A model generated the notes under the pieces. The model was not told the DNA's origin. It saw nothing but the letters and a program-made list of their open reading frames with translations, and did no database searches. Position numbers and translations under genes: made by a program. Positions 45,761 through 59,677 of a DNA stretch of 64,000 nt are shown piece after piece (position 1 is the first letter of the stretch; each line of letters opens with the position of its first letter). Source of the stretch: Squalus acanthias (taxonomy: Eukaryota); contig JASTWF010000324.1 in the NCBI GenBank assembly GCA_030390025.1, forward strand, positions 434,001 to 498,000. The letters run 5' to 3'.

Positions 45761-47854
45761 GGTCTCAGAGGTTTAATCCTTCATCAGAACTTAGCTTTGC
45801 CTGTCAGAGATTCCTGAGCCAATGTGATACACCTGTATGGAGATTCTAAAAATGCGACAGGGAGGGGAAGGGGCCGCTTATTTCATTCACGAGGGGCAGA
45901 AATTCAACACACAGTTGTCCATTGGGCGCCTGAAAACCGGGCGGCCGGGAGTTGAAAATCGGAGGTGGAACCTCGGCTGCCCCATTGATGCCTGCGGACT
46001 ACCTGACGCCAGATTGAGGGGGGCCTGTAAATGGGCAAGCCACCCCCACCCTCACCCCCACCCGCCTGAAACTGGTGCAAATCGAGGTCCCATTGCCGGT
46101 TGTAGGGCCCCCGATGGAAAATACAGGTCCAAATGGGCAGAGCATGTGCGCCGATAGCTCCGCCTAGTCCCACTGGGTCTTGAGCGGCCTAACCAGAGGT
46201 CCTCATAGGGACCGTCAGAGGCCCCTCAACAAACCAGCCACAAAACGTTTTCATAGTTATATTTCTTGAACAGCCACAAGATGCAGGCGTGCTCCTCCTG
46301 GTCCCAAAGTACTCCTGCTGGCTGCTGCCAGCCCGGGCTCACCACCCCCCCCCCCAACCCCTGCCCCACCTCCACCACCCCCTGGGATTAGTCAAGACCC
46401 ACTTGGCGACCGCACCAGGCTCAAACACTCAAACGAGGGGGAGTACCGAATCAGGCCCAGGGCTCAGTCCAGTAATCGCGCTGGTGATTCCACACCCGAT
46501 ATGGACGCATGGCAAATTTCTCTCCCAAAGTTCCCCCCAATGATTTAGATGGAATGTACAGCACAGAAACAGGCCCTTCGACCCAACTGCTCCGTGCCGG
46601 TGTTTATGTTCCACACGAGCTTCTCCGACCGCTCTTCATCTCACCCTGTCAGCATATCCTTCTATTCCTTTCACCCTCATGTGTTTATCCAGTTTCCCCT
46701 GAAATGCATCTCTGCGATTCGCTTCAACCACTCCCTGTGGTAGCGAGTTCCACATTCTCACCATTTGATCATATGTTGTGATGCTGAGGCCTACAAATCA
46801 GGCTCCATCCTGTGCTGCCTGGAGTGGCCAAAAGTCGGAAAGATCTGAATTCTCTTCCTGATTATCTGGTCCGGCTGGGGAGAAGCACGGGATATTTATT
46901 CTTCCGTTTTACAGTTTTGAACTTTGAAACCTGTGCGAAGAGTATCACCATCAGAGAGCTGACACAACAGAGGCCTCCCCCCCGAATAAAGCACCTGTGC
47001 CTCGACGCAGATCTCCCTCGCAAAAAGAATTCAGCTAACCCGCTGGGTGACCACCGCACCCCCACACTGTGAGCGACGCTGACTGAGATCTAAGATCGAT
47101 CTGTGCCCTGGGATGGGGGCGGGGGAGAGTGTGTGTGGGGCAAGGGGAGGCGGAAAGCCGGGCCTACGAGCGAGGCGCTCCCAATCCACGGCCTGCAGCC
47201 TCTCCCTGGGCTGTGCCCGATCCGCAAAGGCCCACGAGCAGGCGGCCGACCTGTGGCTCACAGCTTTCAGAGGCCCCGTCACAGTGAAAACCACGACCGA
47301 GCAATTAGAGCCTGCAACCAGACACTAGGTTTGATGGACCGCCTCGCGGAGGCTCCTGTTTCCCCGCTGGTGAAGGGCTTTTAATTAGATTTTTGCTTCT
47401 CTCTGATATTCCGACTCGCCATGAATGTCACGACTTTCTGTAATTATTCCTTAATGGGTTGCGGCAGTCTAGACCGATGGAAGTAATCCGTCAATTCTCT
47501 CCCGGGGTGGGGGGCGGGGGGGGAAAGGAAGGGAAGGATGTTCACAGCTTTACCCCTCACCCACACAGATTCACTCACCCATTCCACCACAACTAAGCTG
47601 TTTCCAAGAACTCGGATACGAGCAGAGTCAAGTCTTCCCGAAGTGTCCCCGGGGAACTTTCCCACCTGAGTGAAGGGTCCCTCCAGGTGCTGTGCTCCTG
47701 CCCTGCTCCCCCAAAGGCAGGGAGAGAGCCTCAGGACCCAGAGTTCGATACCCCCGCTCCATCTCAGGTCAGCTGATCTCAGCGCAGGTGGCTGCGGTGG
47801 GAGTGGGAGGGGGACATACAACATCTGGCCTCACTACCTCTGGGTTCAGGAGGA

Positions 47855-48480
47855 GACACTCAGCCCCTCGAGCCTGTTCCGCCATTCAATGAGATCCTGG
47901 CTGAGCTGTACCTCAACTTCATTTACCCGCCTTGGTTCTGTATCCCTTAATATCCTTACCCAACAAAAAGACACCTCAATTAGATCATCTCTCTAATCTT
48001 CTAAACTCAAGGGAATAGAAAGCAAGTTTAAGAAACATAAGAAATAGGAGCAGGAGTCGGCCATTCGGCCCCTCGAGCCTGCTCCGCCATTCAATAAGAT
48101 CATGGCTGATCATCGACCTCAACTCCACTTTCCCGCCCGATCCCCATATCCCTTGATTCCCCTCGAGTCCAAAAATCTATCGATCTCAGCCTTGAATATA
48201 CTCAATGACTCAGCATCCACAACCCTCTGGGGCAGAGAATTCCAAAGACTCATTCTTCTAAATTCCAGAGTGTATAGGCTTATTCTACACAATCTCTCAT
48301 CATAGGACAGCCCTCTCATCCCAGGAATCAATCTGGTGCACAGTCTCCAAGGCAAGTATATCCTTCCTTCGATAAGGAGACCAAAACTGTGCACAATATT
48401 CCAGGTGTGGTCTCACCAAGGCCCTGTACAATTGTAGCAAGACTTCCTTACTCTTATACTCCAACCCCTTGCAATAAAGG
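47855..48480 (-). mobile_element. CR1 3' fragments
   Basis: 48032-48480 matches the CR1 at 24362-25010 with deletions. Confidence 0.8.
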
Positions 48481-48489
48481 ATTGAGAGG

Positions 48490-49645
48490 TCTCTCTCTCA
48501 ATCTCCAATCCCTCCATGTCTCTCCCTCCATCTCCAATCCCTCAGTGTCTCTCTCTCAATCCCCAATCCCTCTGTGTCTCTCCTCCATCTCCAATCCCTC
48601 AGTGTCTCTCCCTCCATCTCCAATCCCTCAGTGTCTCTCCTCCATCTCCAATCCCTCAGTGTATCTCCCTCTCTCCAATCCCTCAGTGTCTCTCCCTCCA
48701 TCTCCAGTCCCTCAGTGTCTCTCCTCCATCTCCAATCTCTCAGTGTCTCTCTCCCTCCATCTCCAATCCCTCAGTGTCTCTCTCCCTCCATCTCCAATCT
48801 CTCAGTGTCTCTCTCCCTCCATCTCCAATCCCTCAGTGTCTCTCCCTTCATCTCCAATCCCTCAGTGTCTCTCCCTCCATCTCCAATCCCTCAGTGTCTC
48901 TCCCTTCATCTCCAATCCCTCAGTGTCTCTCCTCCATCTCCAATCCCTCAGTGTCTCTCCTCCACCTCCAATCCCTCAGTGTCTCTCCCTCCATCTCCAA
49001 TCCCTCAGTGTCTCTCCTCCATCTCCAATCCCTCAGTGTCTCTCCCTCCATCTCCAGTCCTTCAGTGTCTCTCCCTCCATCTCCAGTCCCTCAGTGTCTC
49101 TCCCTCCATCTCCAGTCCCTCAGTGTCTCTCCTCCATCTCCAATCCCTCAGTGTCTCTCCCTCCATCTCCAGTCCCTCAGTGTCGCTCCCTCCATCTCCA
49201 GTCCCTCAGTGTCTCTCCCTCCATCTCCAATCCCTCAGTGTCTCTCCCTCCATCTCCAGTCCCTCAGTGTCTCTCCTCCATCTCCAATCCCTCAGTGTCT
49301 CTCCCTCCATCTCCAGTCCCTCAGTGTCTCTCCTCCATCTCCAATCCCTCAGTGTCTCTCCCTCCATCTCCAGTCCCTCAGTTTCGCTCCCTCCATCTCC
49401 AGTCCCTCAGTGTCTCTCCCTCCATCTCCAGTCCCTCAGTGTCTCTCCTCCATCTCCAATCCCTCAGTGTCTCTCCTCCATCTCCAATCCCTCAGTGTCT
49501 CTCCCTCCATCTCCAGTCCCTCAGTGTCTCTCCCTCCATCTCCAATCCCTCAGTGTCTCTCCTCCATCTCCAATCCCTCAGTGTCTCTCCCTCCATCTCC
49601 AGTCCCTCAGTGTCTCTCCCTCCATCTCCAGTCCCTCAGTGTGTC
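48490..49645 (+). repeat. 28-31-bp pyrimidine-rich minisatellite
   Basis: CTCCATCTCCAATCCCTCAGTGTCTCTCC. Confidence 0.95.
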
Positions 49646-50249
49646 GCTATCTCCATCCCCACTCCCTCTTGGTGTTGCTTCCTCCTAGCAGACCACAATC
49701 CTTCTCTTGGATGATGTGTAGGGGCAGCGGGAAGGTGTTGTGAGAATCTCCTCGGGTATGAGACCAAACCAGTCGAAAGTAACTGAAGGAAAAGGATGTT
49801 TGCGACTGTAACCTTGTTTGATGTAATTGACCTTTCACCCCAGTAGGAAGCTCAGCCAATATCACTGGTTAAAAGCACCGATTGTAAAAGACACAGTTAA
49901 TGACCAGCTCTGTTAGTAAATCATCCCAACGACTGTGTCAAAAGTTTAAAATCATAGCCGTGAAGTTGTAAATAAACTTTTCTCTTGTTCGATACAGAAC
50001 GGTTAAAGACAAAATCCAACTCAGATTTCTGAGGCGTTGGTCTGTGGGGATTCATAAACGTGCAGTAGGAGTGACAGCCAAGATAAACGGTCATCATCCA
50101 GCGCGATTCAGAGGCCCTTCATCATTGGGAATTACAGGCTTGGCAACAAAAAATGTCTATTTCCAACCTGCACCTGTGACCTGTGAATGTCACCCCTGAG
50201 AAAGGAGCATTTAGGAAGTGAGCAGAGATTGAAACGCAAGAGTCAAATG

Positions 50250-51671
50250 GTGAAGAGGGGACAGAGTGAGAGCGAGATCGTGAAGAGAGGACAGAGAGTG
50301 AGAGCGAGATCGTGAAGAGGAGACAGAGTGAGAGCGAGATCGTGAAGAGGAGACAGAGAGTGAGAGCGAGATTGTGAAGAGAGGACAGAGAGTGAGAGCG
50401 AGATCGTGAAGAGGAGACAGAGAGTGAGAGCGAGATCGTGAAGAGAGGACAGAGAGTGAGAGCGAGATCGTGAAGAGGAGACAGAGAGTGAGAGCGAGAT
50501 CGTGAAGAGAGGACAGAGTGAGAGCGAGATTGTGAAGAGAGGACAGAGAGTGAGAGCGAGATCGTGAAGAGAGGACAGAGAGTGAGAGCGAGATTGTGAA
50601 GAGAGGACAGAGAGTGAGAGCGAGATCGTGAAGAGAGGACAGAGAGTGAGAGCGAGATCGTGAAGAGGGGACAGAGTGAGAGCGAGATTGTGAAGAGAGG
50701 ACAGAGAGTGAGAGCGAGATCGTGAAGAGAGGACAGAGAGTGAGAGCAAGATCGTGAAGAGAGGACAGAGAGTGAGAGCGAGATCGTGAAGAGGAGACAG
50801 AGAGTGAGAGCGAGATCGTGAAGAGAGGACAGAGTGAGAGCGAGATCATGAAGAGAGGACAGAGAGTGAGAGCGAGATCGTGAAGAGAGGACAGAGTGAG
50901 AGCGAGATCGTGAAGAGAGGACAGAGAGTGAGAGCGAGATCGTGAAGAGGGGACAGAGAGTGAGAGCGAGATCGTGAAGAGGAGACAGAGAGTGAGAGCG
51001 AGATCGTGAAGAGAGGACAGAGTGAGAGCGAGATTGTGAAGAGAGGACAGAGAGTGAGAGCGAGATCGTGAAGAGAGGACAGAGAGTGAGAGCGAGTTCG
51101 TGAAGAGAGGACAGAGTGAGAGCGAGATCGTGAAGAGAGGACAGAGAGTGAGAGCGAGATCGTGAAGAGGGGACAGAGAGTGAGAGCGAGATCGTGAAGA
51201 GAGGACAGAGAGTGAGAGCGAGATCGTGAAGAGGAGACAGAGTGAGAGCGAGATCGTGAAGAGAGGACAGAGAGTGAGAGCGAGATCGTGAAGAGGAGAC
51301 AGAGTGAGAACGAGATCGTGAAGAGGGGACAGAGAGTGGGAGCGAGATCGTGAAGAGAGGACAGAGAGTGAGAGCGAGATCGTGAAGAGGAGACAGAGTG
51401 AGAGCGAGATCGTGAAGAGGAGACAGAGTGAGAGCGAGATCATGAAGAGAGGACAGAGAGTGAGAGCGAGATCGTGAAGAGAGGATAGAGAGTGAGAGCG
51501 AGATCGTGAAGAGAGGACAGAGAGTGAGAGCGAGATCGTGAAGAGAGGACAGAGAGTGAGAGCGAGATCGTGAAGAGAGGACAGAGAGTGAGAGCAAGAT
51601 CGTGAAGAGAGGACAGAGAGTGAGAGTGAGAGCGAGATCGTGAAGAGGGGACAGAGAGCGAGAGCGAGATC
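50250..51671 (+). repeat. 30/32-bp purine-rich minisatellite
   Basis: GAGAGCGAGATCGTGAAGAGAGGACAGAGAGT. Confidence 0.95.
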
Positions 51672-51749
51672 TAGAGTGGGACTGTACCGATGGAGCTCTC
51701 AAGGACCAAGCCAAGACCAGAAACTCCCTCCTGCACCAGCTTTGATGGG

Positions 51750-52120
51750 GCTGCAGTGTGTACCATCTACAAGATGCACTGCAGCAACTCGCCAAGGCTT
51801 CTTCGGCAGCACCTCCCAAACCCGCGACCTCTTCCACCTAGAAGGACAAGGGCAGCCGACGCATTGGAACACCACCACCTCCAAGTTCCCCTCCAAGTCA
51901 CACACCATCCTGACTTGGAAAGATATCGCCGTTCCTTCATCGTCGCTGGGTCAAAATCCTGGAACTCCCTCCCTAACAGCACTGTGGGAGTACCTTCAGC
52001 ACACGGACTGCAGCGGTTCAAGAAGGCAGCTCACCACCACCTTCTCAAGGGCAACTAGGGATCGGCAATAAATGCTGGACTTGCCAGCGACGCCCACCTC
52101 CCATAAACGAATTAAAAAAA
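51750..52120 (+). mobile_element. LINE 3' end, same family as 40590-41745
   Basis: Shared CACCACCTTCTCAAGGGCAA..GCAATAAATGCTGG terminus. Confidence 0.75.
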
Positions 52121-52237
52121 ACTTAACTAGATAAACGAATTAATATGACTAAAAGTAATCTTGTGAATAAAGACTTTAACTAAGAGAGCGAGAGAAGCCA
52201 CCGGAGATAAAGATAGGCCCGAATTTTAAGACTCTTA

Positions 52238-52978
52238 GGGCTAGAAATTGCGTAGCGGCCCCTTTGGGGCAATAATTTTTGCGGGAGCTACACAATTCAT
52301 TCCGGCGGGAACTTGCGGTTTAGCGCTCCAAGAGGGAAGTGGATCGCTAAATCAAGCGCTACCACTTCCCTGAGGGCGCTAAAGGGAGCGAGAGGGGCGG
52401 GAGTGGCAGAGCGCTGCACAATGTTCCGGGCAGCGTTGCCGGTTTTACAGGCTCCCTCCCTCCCTTAAAGGGAAGGCCCAATGCTGCGGTCATTGAAGGC
52501 TGAGGCTGGGAATGGTCGTCGACGGCACCTGCGATACGGGCACAGCAGCCCCGAGCACTCTGAGAGAGAGCGCAGGGCCGATCAATCGCAGGCTGGAAAA
52601 ACATCAAAATACAGCACACTGGGGACATTATTAAATGTTGGCCCACCTGACCACCACTCCCTCTAATTACCGCTCCCCATGCGACCGGCCGCGGTGACCA
52701 CGCCTCCTGTAGCTGCCGTTGTTGACGCCCGGCGATGCTGCAGGGGGCGGGAGCGAATTCTACATTCGGGGCGATAACGGGGCGCTGCGCACCGGATGAC
52801 GTCATGAACTCCAGGCCGCAGGAGATCGAGGCGGTTTGTTTTAGTGCCAGCGCTAACCCACCATGAAAGTTCGCGGGCATCGGTAATTTCACCGCGCCGG
52901 GTCGGTAAGCCCTTCGCGCCCTGTTATCAGCCCCCAGAGGTGCTAACGGGAGGCGCAAAGAAGGCCAATTTCTCCCCC
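52238..52978. mobile_element. PIF/Harbinger-like MITE
   Basis: TIRs GGGCTAGAAATTG / CAATTTCTCCCCC; TTA TSD at 52235-52237 and 52979-52981; GC-rich non-coding interior. Confidence 0.8.
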
Positions 52979-52981
52979 TTA

Positions 52982-55900
52982 GTCTTAAGCTTATTTCTGT
53001 AAGTTAGTTAATAGTCGAATAAATAGAGGCATGGCAGGGCACCTCAGTCCTGTGGAATGCACATCCTGTGCCATGTGGGAAATCCAGGACGCTTCCCATG
53101 TCCTGGACAACCACATGTGCAGGAAGTGTCGTCAGCTGGAGGAGCTCGAGCTCCAGGTTTCGGAGCTTGAGCAGCAGCTGGCTTCACTGCGGGGCATCCG
53201 TGAGGCTGAGAGCTTCGTGGATAGCACGTTTCAGGAGCTGGTCACCCCGCAGCTAAGGAGAGTGCAGGCCGAGAGGGAATGGGTGACAGCCAGACAGAAG
53301 AGGAGGACCAGGCAGGTAGTGCAGGAGTCCCCGGAGTGCATCTCGCTCGCTAACCGGTCTGGTGAGGGTGATGGTTCCTCTGCGGAGTACAGCCAGAGGC
53401 AAGTCCACGACACCACGGGTGGCTCAGCTGTACAGGGGGGAAGAGGAAGATCGGGAAAGCAATAGTGATAGGGGATTCAATAGTTAGGGGAACAGACAAG
53501 TGTTTCTGCGGCCGCAGACATGACTCCAGGATGGTATGTTGTCTCCCTGGTGCCAGGGTCAAAGATGTCACTGAGCAGCTGCAGAACATTCTGAGGGGGA
53601 GGGTGAACAGCCAGAGGTCGTGCTCCATATCGGTACCAATGACATAGATAGAAAGAGGGATGAGGTCCTGCAGGTAGATTTTAGGGAGCTAGGAAAGAGA
53701 TTAAAAAGCAGGACCTCAAAGGTAGTAATCTCCGGATTACTCCCGGTGCCACGAGCTAGTGAGTATAGAAATAGGAGGATAGAGCAGATCAATGCGTGGC
53801 GGGAGAGTGGGATCTGTACAAGGTGGACGGATTGAACCTCAAAAGAGCTGGAACCAATGTCCTCGCGGGGGGGTTTGCCAGTGTTGTTGGGGAGGGTTTA
53901 AACTAATTTGGCAGGGGGATGGGCACCAGGATGTAGCATTGGTAAGGAGAAACAAGGTGCACAAAGAATGGGGAGAGACAGACAGCACGAGAGTAAGAAA
54001 TAGTAAAGTATTAGGTGCGGTCAGATTAAGAGAGAATAAAAGAAGGTCTAAGATAGGTTTATAGTGCATGTGTGTAGACGCACGAAGCGTGGTAAACAAG
54101 GTTGGTGAGCTGCAGGCACAAAGAGCCACATGGGAATATGATGTCATGGCGATAACGGAGACCTAGCTCAAAAAAGGGCAGGATTGGTATTAAATATTCC
54201 TGGTTATAAGGTGTTCAGGAAAGATAGGAGGTGGTGTGGCAGTATTGGTTCAGGAGAATGTTACAGTGCTGGAGAGGGAGGATGTCCTGGAGGGGTCAAG
54301 GACAGAATCTATTTGGTTAAAGTTAAGAAACAATAGAGGTGCCATTACACTACTAGGTGTATTCTATAGACCGCCTACTACTGGGAAGGATATAGAGGAG
54401 CAAATTTTCAGGGAAATTACAGAGAGGTGCAAGAACTATAGAGTAGTAATAATGGGGGACTTCAATTATCCTAATATAGACTGGGATTGTAATAGTGTTA
54501 AGGGCAGAGAGGGGGAAGAATTTCTGAAGTGTGTTCAGGGGAACTTTCTTGATCAGTACATTTCCGGCCCGACGAGGGAGGAGGCATTGCTGGATCTGGT
54601 TCTGGGGAATGAGGTGGGTCAAGTGGAGCAAGTGTCAGTAGGTGAACATTTAGGGAACAGTGATCATAGCATCATAAGGTTTAGATTAGCTATGGAAAAG
54701 GACAGGGAGCAATCTAGAGTAAAAATACTTAATTGGAGGAAGGCCAATTTCAGTGGGTTGAGAACGGATCTGGCCCGGGTGAGGAGAGATTGGGTCGATT
54801 GGGCTTATACTCGCTGGAGTTTAGAAGAATGAGAGGGGATCTCATTGAAACTTAAAAAATTCTGAAAGGACTGGATAGACTAGATGCAGGAAGGATGTTC
54901 CCGATGGCGGGGGAGTCCAGAACCAGGGGTCACAGTCTAAGGATAAGGGGTAAGCCATTTAGGACAGAAATGAGGAGGAATTTCTTCACCCAGAGAGTGG
55001 TGAACCTGTGGAATTCTCTACCACAGAAGGCAGTAGAGGCCAATTCATTAAATATATTCAAGAAGGAGTTGGATATATTTCTTAAGGCTAAAGGGATCAA
55101 GGGATATGGGGAGAAAGCAGGGACAGGGTTCTGAATTTGGATGATCAGCCATGATCGCATTGAATGGCGGAGCAGGCTCGAGGGGCCGAATGGCCTACTC
55201 CTGCTCCTATCTTCTATGTTTCTATGTCTATGTTAAAACTGTAATTGAACAATGGGCTGCCTTTAAAGAGGAGATGGTGTGCGTACAGTCGAGGTACAGT
55301 CCCACGAGGGGGAAACGTAGAGCAACTAAAGTCAGAGCTCCCTGGATGACGAAAGAGATAGAGAGTAAGATGAAGCAGAAAAAGGGGGCGTGTGACAGAT
55401 GTCAGGTTGAGAATATACAAGTGAAAACCAGGCTGAATATAGAAAGTTCAGAGGGGAAGTGGAGAAGAAAATAAGAGGGGTGAAGAGAGAGTATGAGAAT
55501 AGATTGACAGCCAACACAAAAGGGAATCCAAAAGTCTTCTATAGGCATATAAATAATAAACGGGTAGTAAGAGGAGGGGTGGGGCCGATTAGGGACCAAA
55601 AAGGAGACCTACGCATGGAGGGAGAGGGCATGGCTGAGGTACTAAACGAGTACTTTGCATCTGTCTTTACCAAGGAAGAAGATGCTGCCAAAGTCATAGT
55701 GAAAGAGGAGGTAGAGGAGATACTGGATGAGATGAAAATTGATAAAGAGGAGGTACTAGAAAGGCTGTCTGAACTTAAAGTTGATAAGTCACCAGGAGTG
55801 GATGGGATGCATCCTAGGACGCTGAGGGAAGTTAAGGAGGGAATCGCGGAGTTACTGGCCGTAATCTTCCAATTATCCTTAGATACGGGGGTGGTGCCAG

Positions 55901-57360
55901 AGGACTGGGGAATTGCAAATGTTACATCCTTGTTTAAAAAAGGGTGTAAGGATAAACCCAGCAACTACAGGCCAGTCAGTTTAACCTCGGTAGTGGGGAA
56001 GCTTTTGGAAATGATAATCAGGGACAAAGTTAACAGTCACTTGGACAAGTGTGGATTAATTAAGGAAAGCCAGCACGGATTTGTTAAAGGCAACTCGTGT
56101 TTAACTAACTTGATCGAGTATTTGATGAGGTAACAGAGAGGGTTGATGAGGGCAGTGCGGTTGACGTTGTGTACATGGATTTCCAAAAGGCGTTCAACAA
56201 AGTGCCACATAATAGGCTTGCCAGCAAAGTTGAAGCCCATGAAATAAAAGGGACAGTGGCAGCATGGATACGAAACTGGCTAAGTGACAGGAAACAGAGA
56301 GTAGTGGTGAATGGTTGTTTTTTGGACTGGAGGAAGGTATACAGTGGTGTTCCCCAGGGGTCGGTACTCGGACCACTGCTTTTCTTGATATATATTCATG
56401 ACTTCGATGTGGGAGTACAGGGCACAATTTCAAAATTTGCAGATGACACAAAACTTGGAAGTATAGTGAACAGTGAGGAGGAGAGTGATAGACTTCAAGA
56501 GGACATAGACAGGCTGGTGAAATGGGCGGATACATGGCAGATGAAATTCAATGCAGAAAAGTGCAAACAGATATATTTTGGTAGGAAGAATAAGGAAAGG
56601 CAATATAAACTAAATGGTACAATCCTAAAGGGGGTGCACGAACAACGAGAACTGGGGTCCCTGGGGGTATATGTGCACAAATCGCTGAAGGTGGCAGGGC
56701 AGGTTGAGAAAGTGGTTAAAAAAGCATACAGGATACTGGGCTTCATAAATAGAGGCATAGAGTACAAAAGCAAGGAAGTTATGATGAACCTGTATAAAAC
56801 ACTAGTTCGGCCTCAACTGGAGTATTGTGTCCAATTCTGGGCACCGCACTTTAGGAAGGATGTGAGGGCCTTAGATAAAGATTTACTAGAATGGTTCCAG
56901 AGATGAGGGACTTCAGTTACGTGGATAGACTGGAGAAGCTGGGGTTGTTCTCCTTGGAGCAGAGAAGGTTGAGAGGAGATTTGATCGAGGTGTTCAAAAT
57001 CATGAGGGGTCTAGACAGAGTGGATAGAGAGAAACTGTTCCCATTGGCGGAAGGGTCGAGAACCAGAGGACACAGATTTAAGGTGATTGGCAGAAGAACC
57101 AAAGGCGACATGAGGAAAAACCTTTTTTACGCAGCGAGTGGTTAGGATCTGGAATGCACTGCCTGAAAGGACGGTGGAGGCAGACTCAATCATGGCTTTC
57201 AAACGGGAATTGGATAAGTACCTGAAGGAAAAACATTAGCAGGGCTGTGGGGAAAGGGCGGATGAGTGGGACTAGCTGAAGTGCTCTTGCAGAGAGCCGG
57301 CACGGGCTCGACGGGCCAAATGGCCTCCTTCTGTGCTGTAACCATTCTATGATTCTATGA
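52982..57360 (+). mobile_element. Near full-length degraded CR1 LINE (ORF1 zinc finger and SGNH esterase; ORF2 APE endonuclease-RT)
   Basis: [59 protein letters not shown]; (ATTCTATG)n tail; multiple frameshifts. Confidence 0.92.
54780..55232 (+). mobile_element. CR1 3' fragment nested within the CR1 ORF2
   Basis: RTRGHSLRIRG..VVNLWNSLP and a CTATGT-repeat tail interrupt the region after the endonuclease. Confidence 0.85.
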
Positions 57361-58302
57361 GTGAGGAGGGAATTAAGAAAGCAGGAGGATGGATCTCTGG
57401 GATGAGATGAGCTTGGAGACAGCAGGGAGGAGATGGGTGTAAAAAGATGGAATTCCTGGGCTAGAGTGGGTGGGAATCTAAGGGTAAGTCTGAACACTGG
57501 TAGAAAAGTAGAAAAGAGATAGGAAGATGAGAAGTGGGAGAGACAGACAGAGAGGCCAAGAAAGAGCAGATATATTAAACATTAAAGGAATTCTATAAGC
57601 GACAAAATGACAAGAGAAGATAAAAGAGTTGGCAGGGTAATAAGTGATGAAATCTGCTTGTTATTTCATGAACCTTACTTGAAGCTGATGTTAAAAGCAT
57701 ATTATAACTCACTCTCATGAGATGCGTAATTATTAATAGAGGCAGCGGCACCAGTGACAAAATGTTTCTATATTTTATTTCAATAAAACCTTTCCACATC
57801 GCGCAGGAGCCTGAAGATATTTTTTAATAGGTTCCTGCCTGCAAGGGTCTCCACGGTTAATCAGGAACAAACTCCCCGCACTGGCCTGGCGTGCAGTGGG
57901 TGACAGTTGGTTCTGAGAGTGACTGCGGGCTGTGGCGTGCCAGCTCACAATGTGTCATCCCAAAGAGGCAGCGTTGGCTGTCAGCCTCAGCCATTCTGCT
58001 AGAATGAAGCCAGTTCCGAGTGATGCTCAGAATAGCCGAGGCTGGAGCTCACAGTCGGCCTGCTCCCAGAGCTGGTGGAGGCTCTTCGAATGCCCCTCGC
58101 ATACTCCCAGATCAGATACAAGAAAAAGCTTGTTGGTAGGGCGATGTCACATCTAGCCAGCCTTTATCTTAGCTGTCGCATTTCCTACACCCACTGCATT
58201 TCTGAAGTACTTCATTGGCTGGACAGCGCTTTGGGACGTCCTGAGGTTGTGAAAGGCGCTATAGAAATACAAGTCTTTCTTTCTCTACTTTGACAGCTAG
58301 TG

Positions 58303-58685
58303 TCAGCCGTGGCTCAGTGAGTAGCTTTCTCGTCTCTGAGTCAGAAGGTCGTGGGTTCAAATCCCACTCCAGAGACTTGAGCATAAATCTAGGCTGACAC
58401 TTCCAGTGCAGTGCTGAGGGAGCGCTGCACTGTTTGGAGGTGCCAGCTTTTGGGTGAGACGTTAAACCGAGGTCCCGTCTGCTCTCTCAGGTGGATGTAA
58501 AACATCCCATAGCACGATTTCGAAGAAGAGCAGGGGAGTTCTCCCCGGTGTCCTGGCCAATATTTATCACTAAAACAGGCGATTTGATCATTATCACAGT
58601 GCTGTCAAAAAGTGCTTCATTGGCTGATCAAGTGCTTTTGGACGTCCTGAGTTCATGAAAGACGCTACAGAAATGCAAGTCTGCC
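58303..58685 (+). mobile_element. Deu-domain SINE, unexpanded copy
   Basis: A/B boxes (TGGCTCAGTGAG, GGTTCAAATCC) and the same core as 33396-35400. Confidence 0.8.
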
Positions 58686-58715
58686 TCTCCAGGGCATGTG
58701 CCAACGATCCCTCCC

Positions 58716-59492
58716 GCACAACGATGGGATGTGGGTCTGGATCACCGACTCCCCCACACAGTGATGGGATGTGGGTCTGGATCACCGACTCCCCCACACA
58801 GTGATGGGATGTGGGTCTGGATCACCGACTCCCCCACACAGTGATGGGATGTGGGTCTGGATCACCGACTCCCCCACACAGTGATGGGATGTGGGTCTGG
58901 ATCACCGACTCCCCCACACAGTGATGGGATGTGGGTCTGGATCACCGACTCCCCCACACAGTGATGGGATGTGGGTCTGGATCACCGACTCCCCCACACA
59001 GTGATGGGATGTGGGTCTGGATCACCGACTCCCCCACACAGTGATGGGATGTGGGTCTGGATCACCGACTCCCCCACACAGTGATGGGATGTGGGTCTGG
59101 ATCACCGACTCCCCCACACAGTGATGGGATGCGGGTCTGGATCACCGACTCCCCCACACAGTGATGGGATGCGGGTCTGGATCACCGACTCCCCCACACA
59201 GTGATGGGATGTGGGTCTGGATCACCGACTCCCCCACACAGTGATGGGATGCGGGTCTGGATCACTGACTCCCCCACACAGTGATGAGATGTGGGTCTGG
59301 ATCACCGACTCCCCCACACAGTGATGGGATGTGGGTCTGGATCACTGACTCCCCCACACAATGATGGGATGTGGGTCTGGATCACTGACTCCCCCACACA
59401 GTGATGGGATGTGGGTCTGGATCACCGACTCCCCCACACAGTGATGGGATGTGGGTCTGGATCACCGACTCCCCCACACAGTGATGGGATGC
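58716..59492 (+). repeat. 40-bp minisatellite, about 19 near-perfect units
   Basis: GTGATGGGATGTGGGTCTGGATCACCGACTCCCCCACACA. Confidence 0.97.
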
Positions 59493-59677
59493 AGGAATTC
59501 AGCTGTTGTTTGTATAGAGCTGGTGATGTGGGACTAATTGGATCGTTCTACCAAAGAGCGAGCATGGGCGAAAGGGCCTCCTTCTGTGCTGTATGATTCC
59601 CTGATTCTAAAGTGTAACTGAAGGACACACCCCAGGAGGAATCCCAGGTTAGCTGATTGCAGTTTGGGCATTGCAGC

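Noticed and set aside
29961..51837. Long ORFs at 29961-31763, 33408-35141, 39083-39889, 48389-49714 and 50122-51837
   Set aside because: Translations of simple or tandem repeats that happen to lack stop codons
57637..57693. C/D-box snoRNA-like motif (GTGATGA...CTGA)
   Set aside because: Short, weak terminal stem, no recognisable guide sequence
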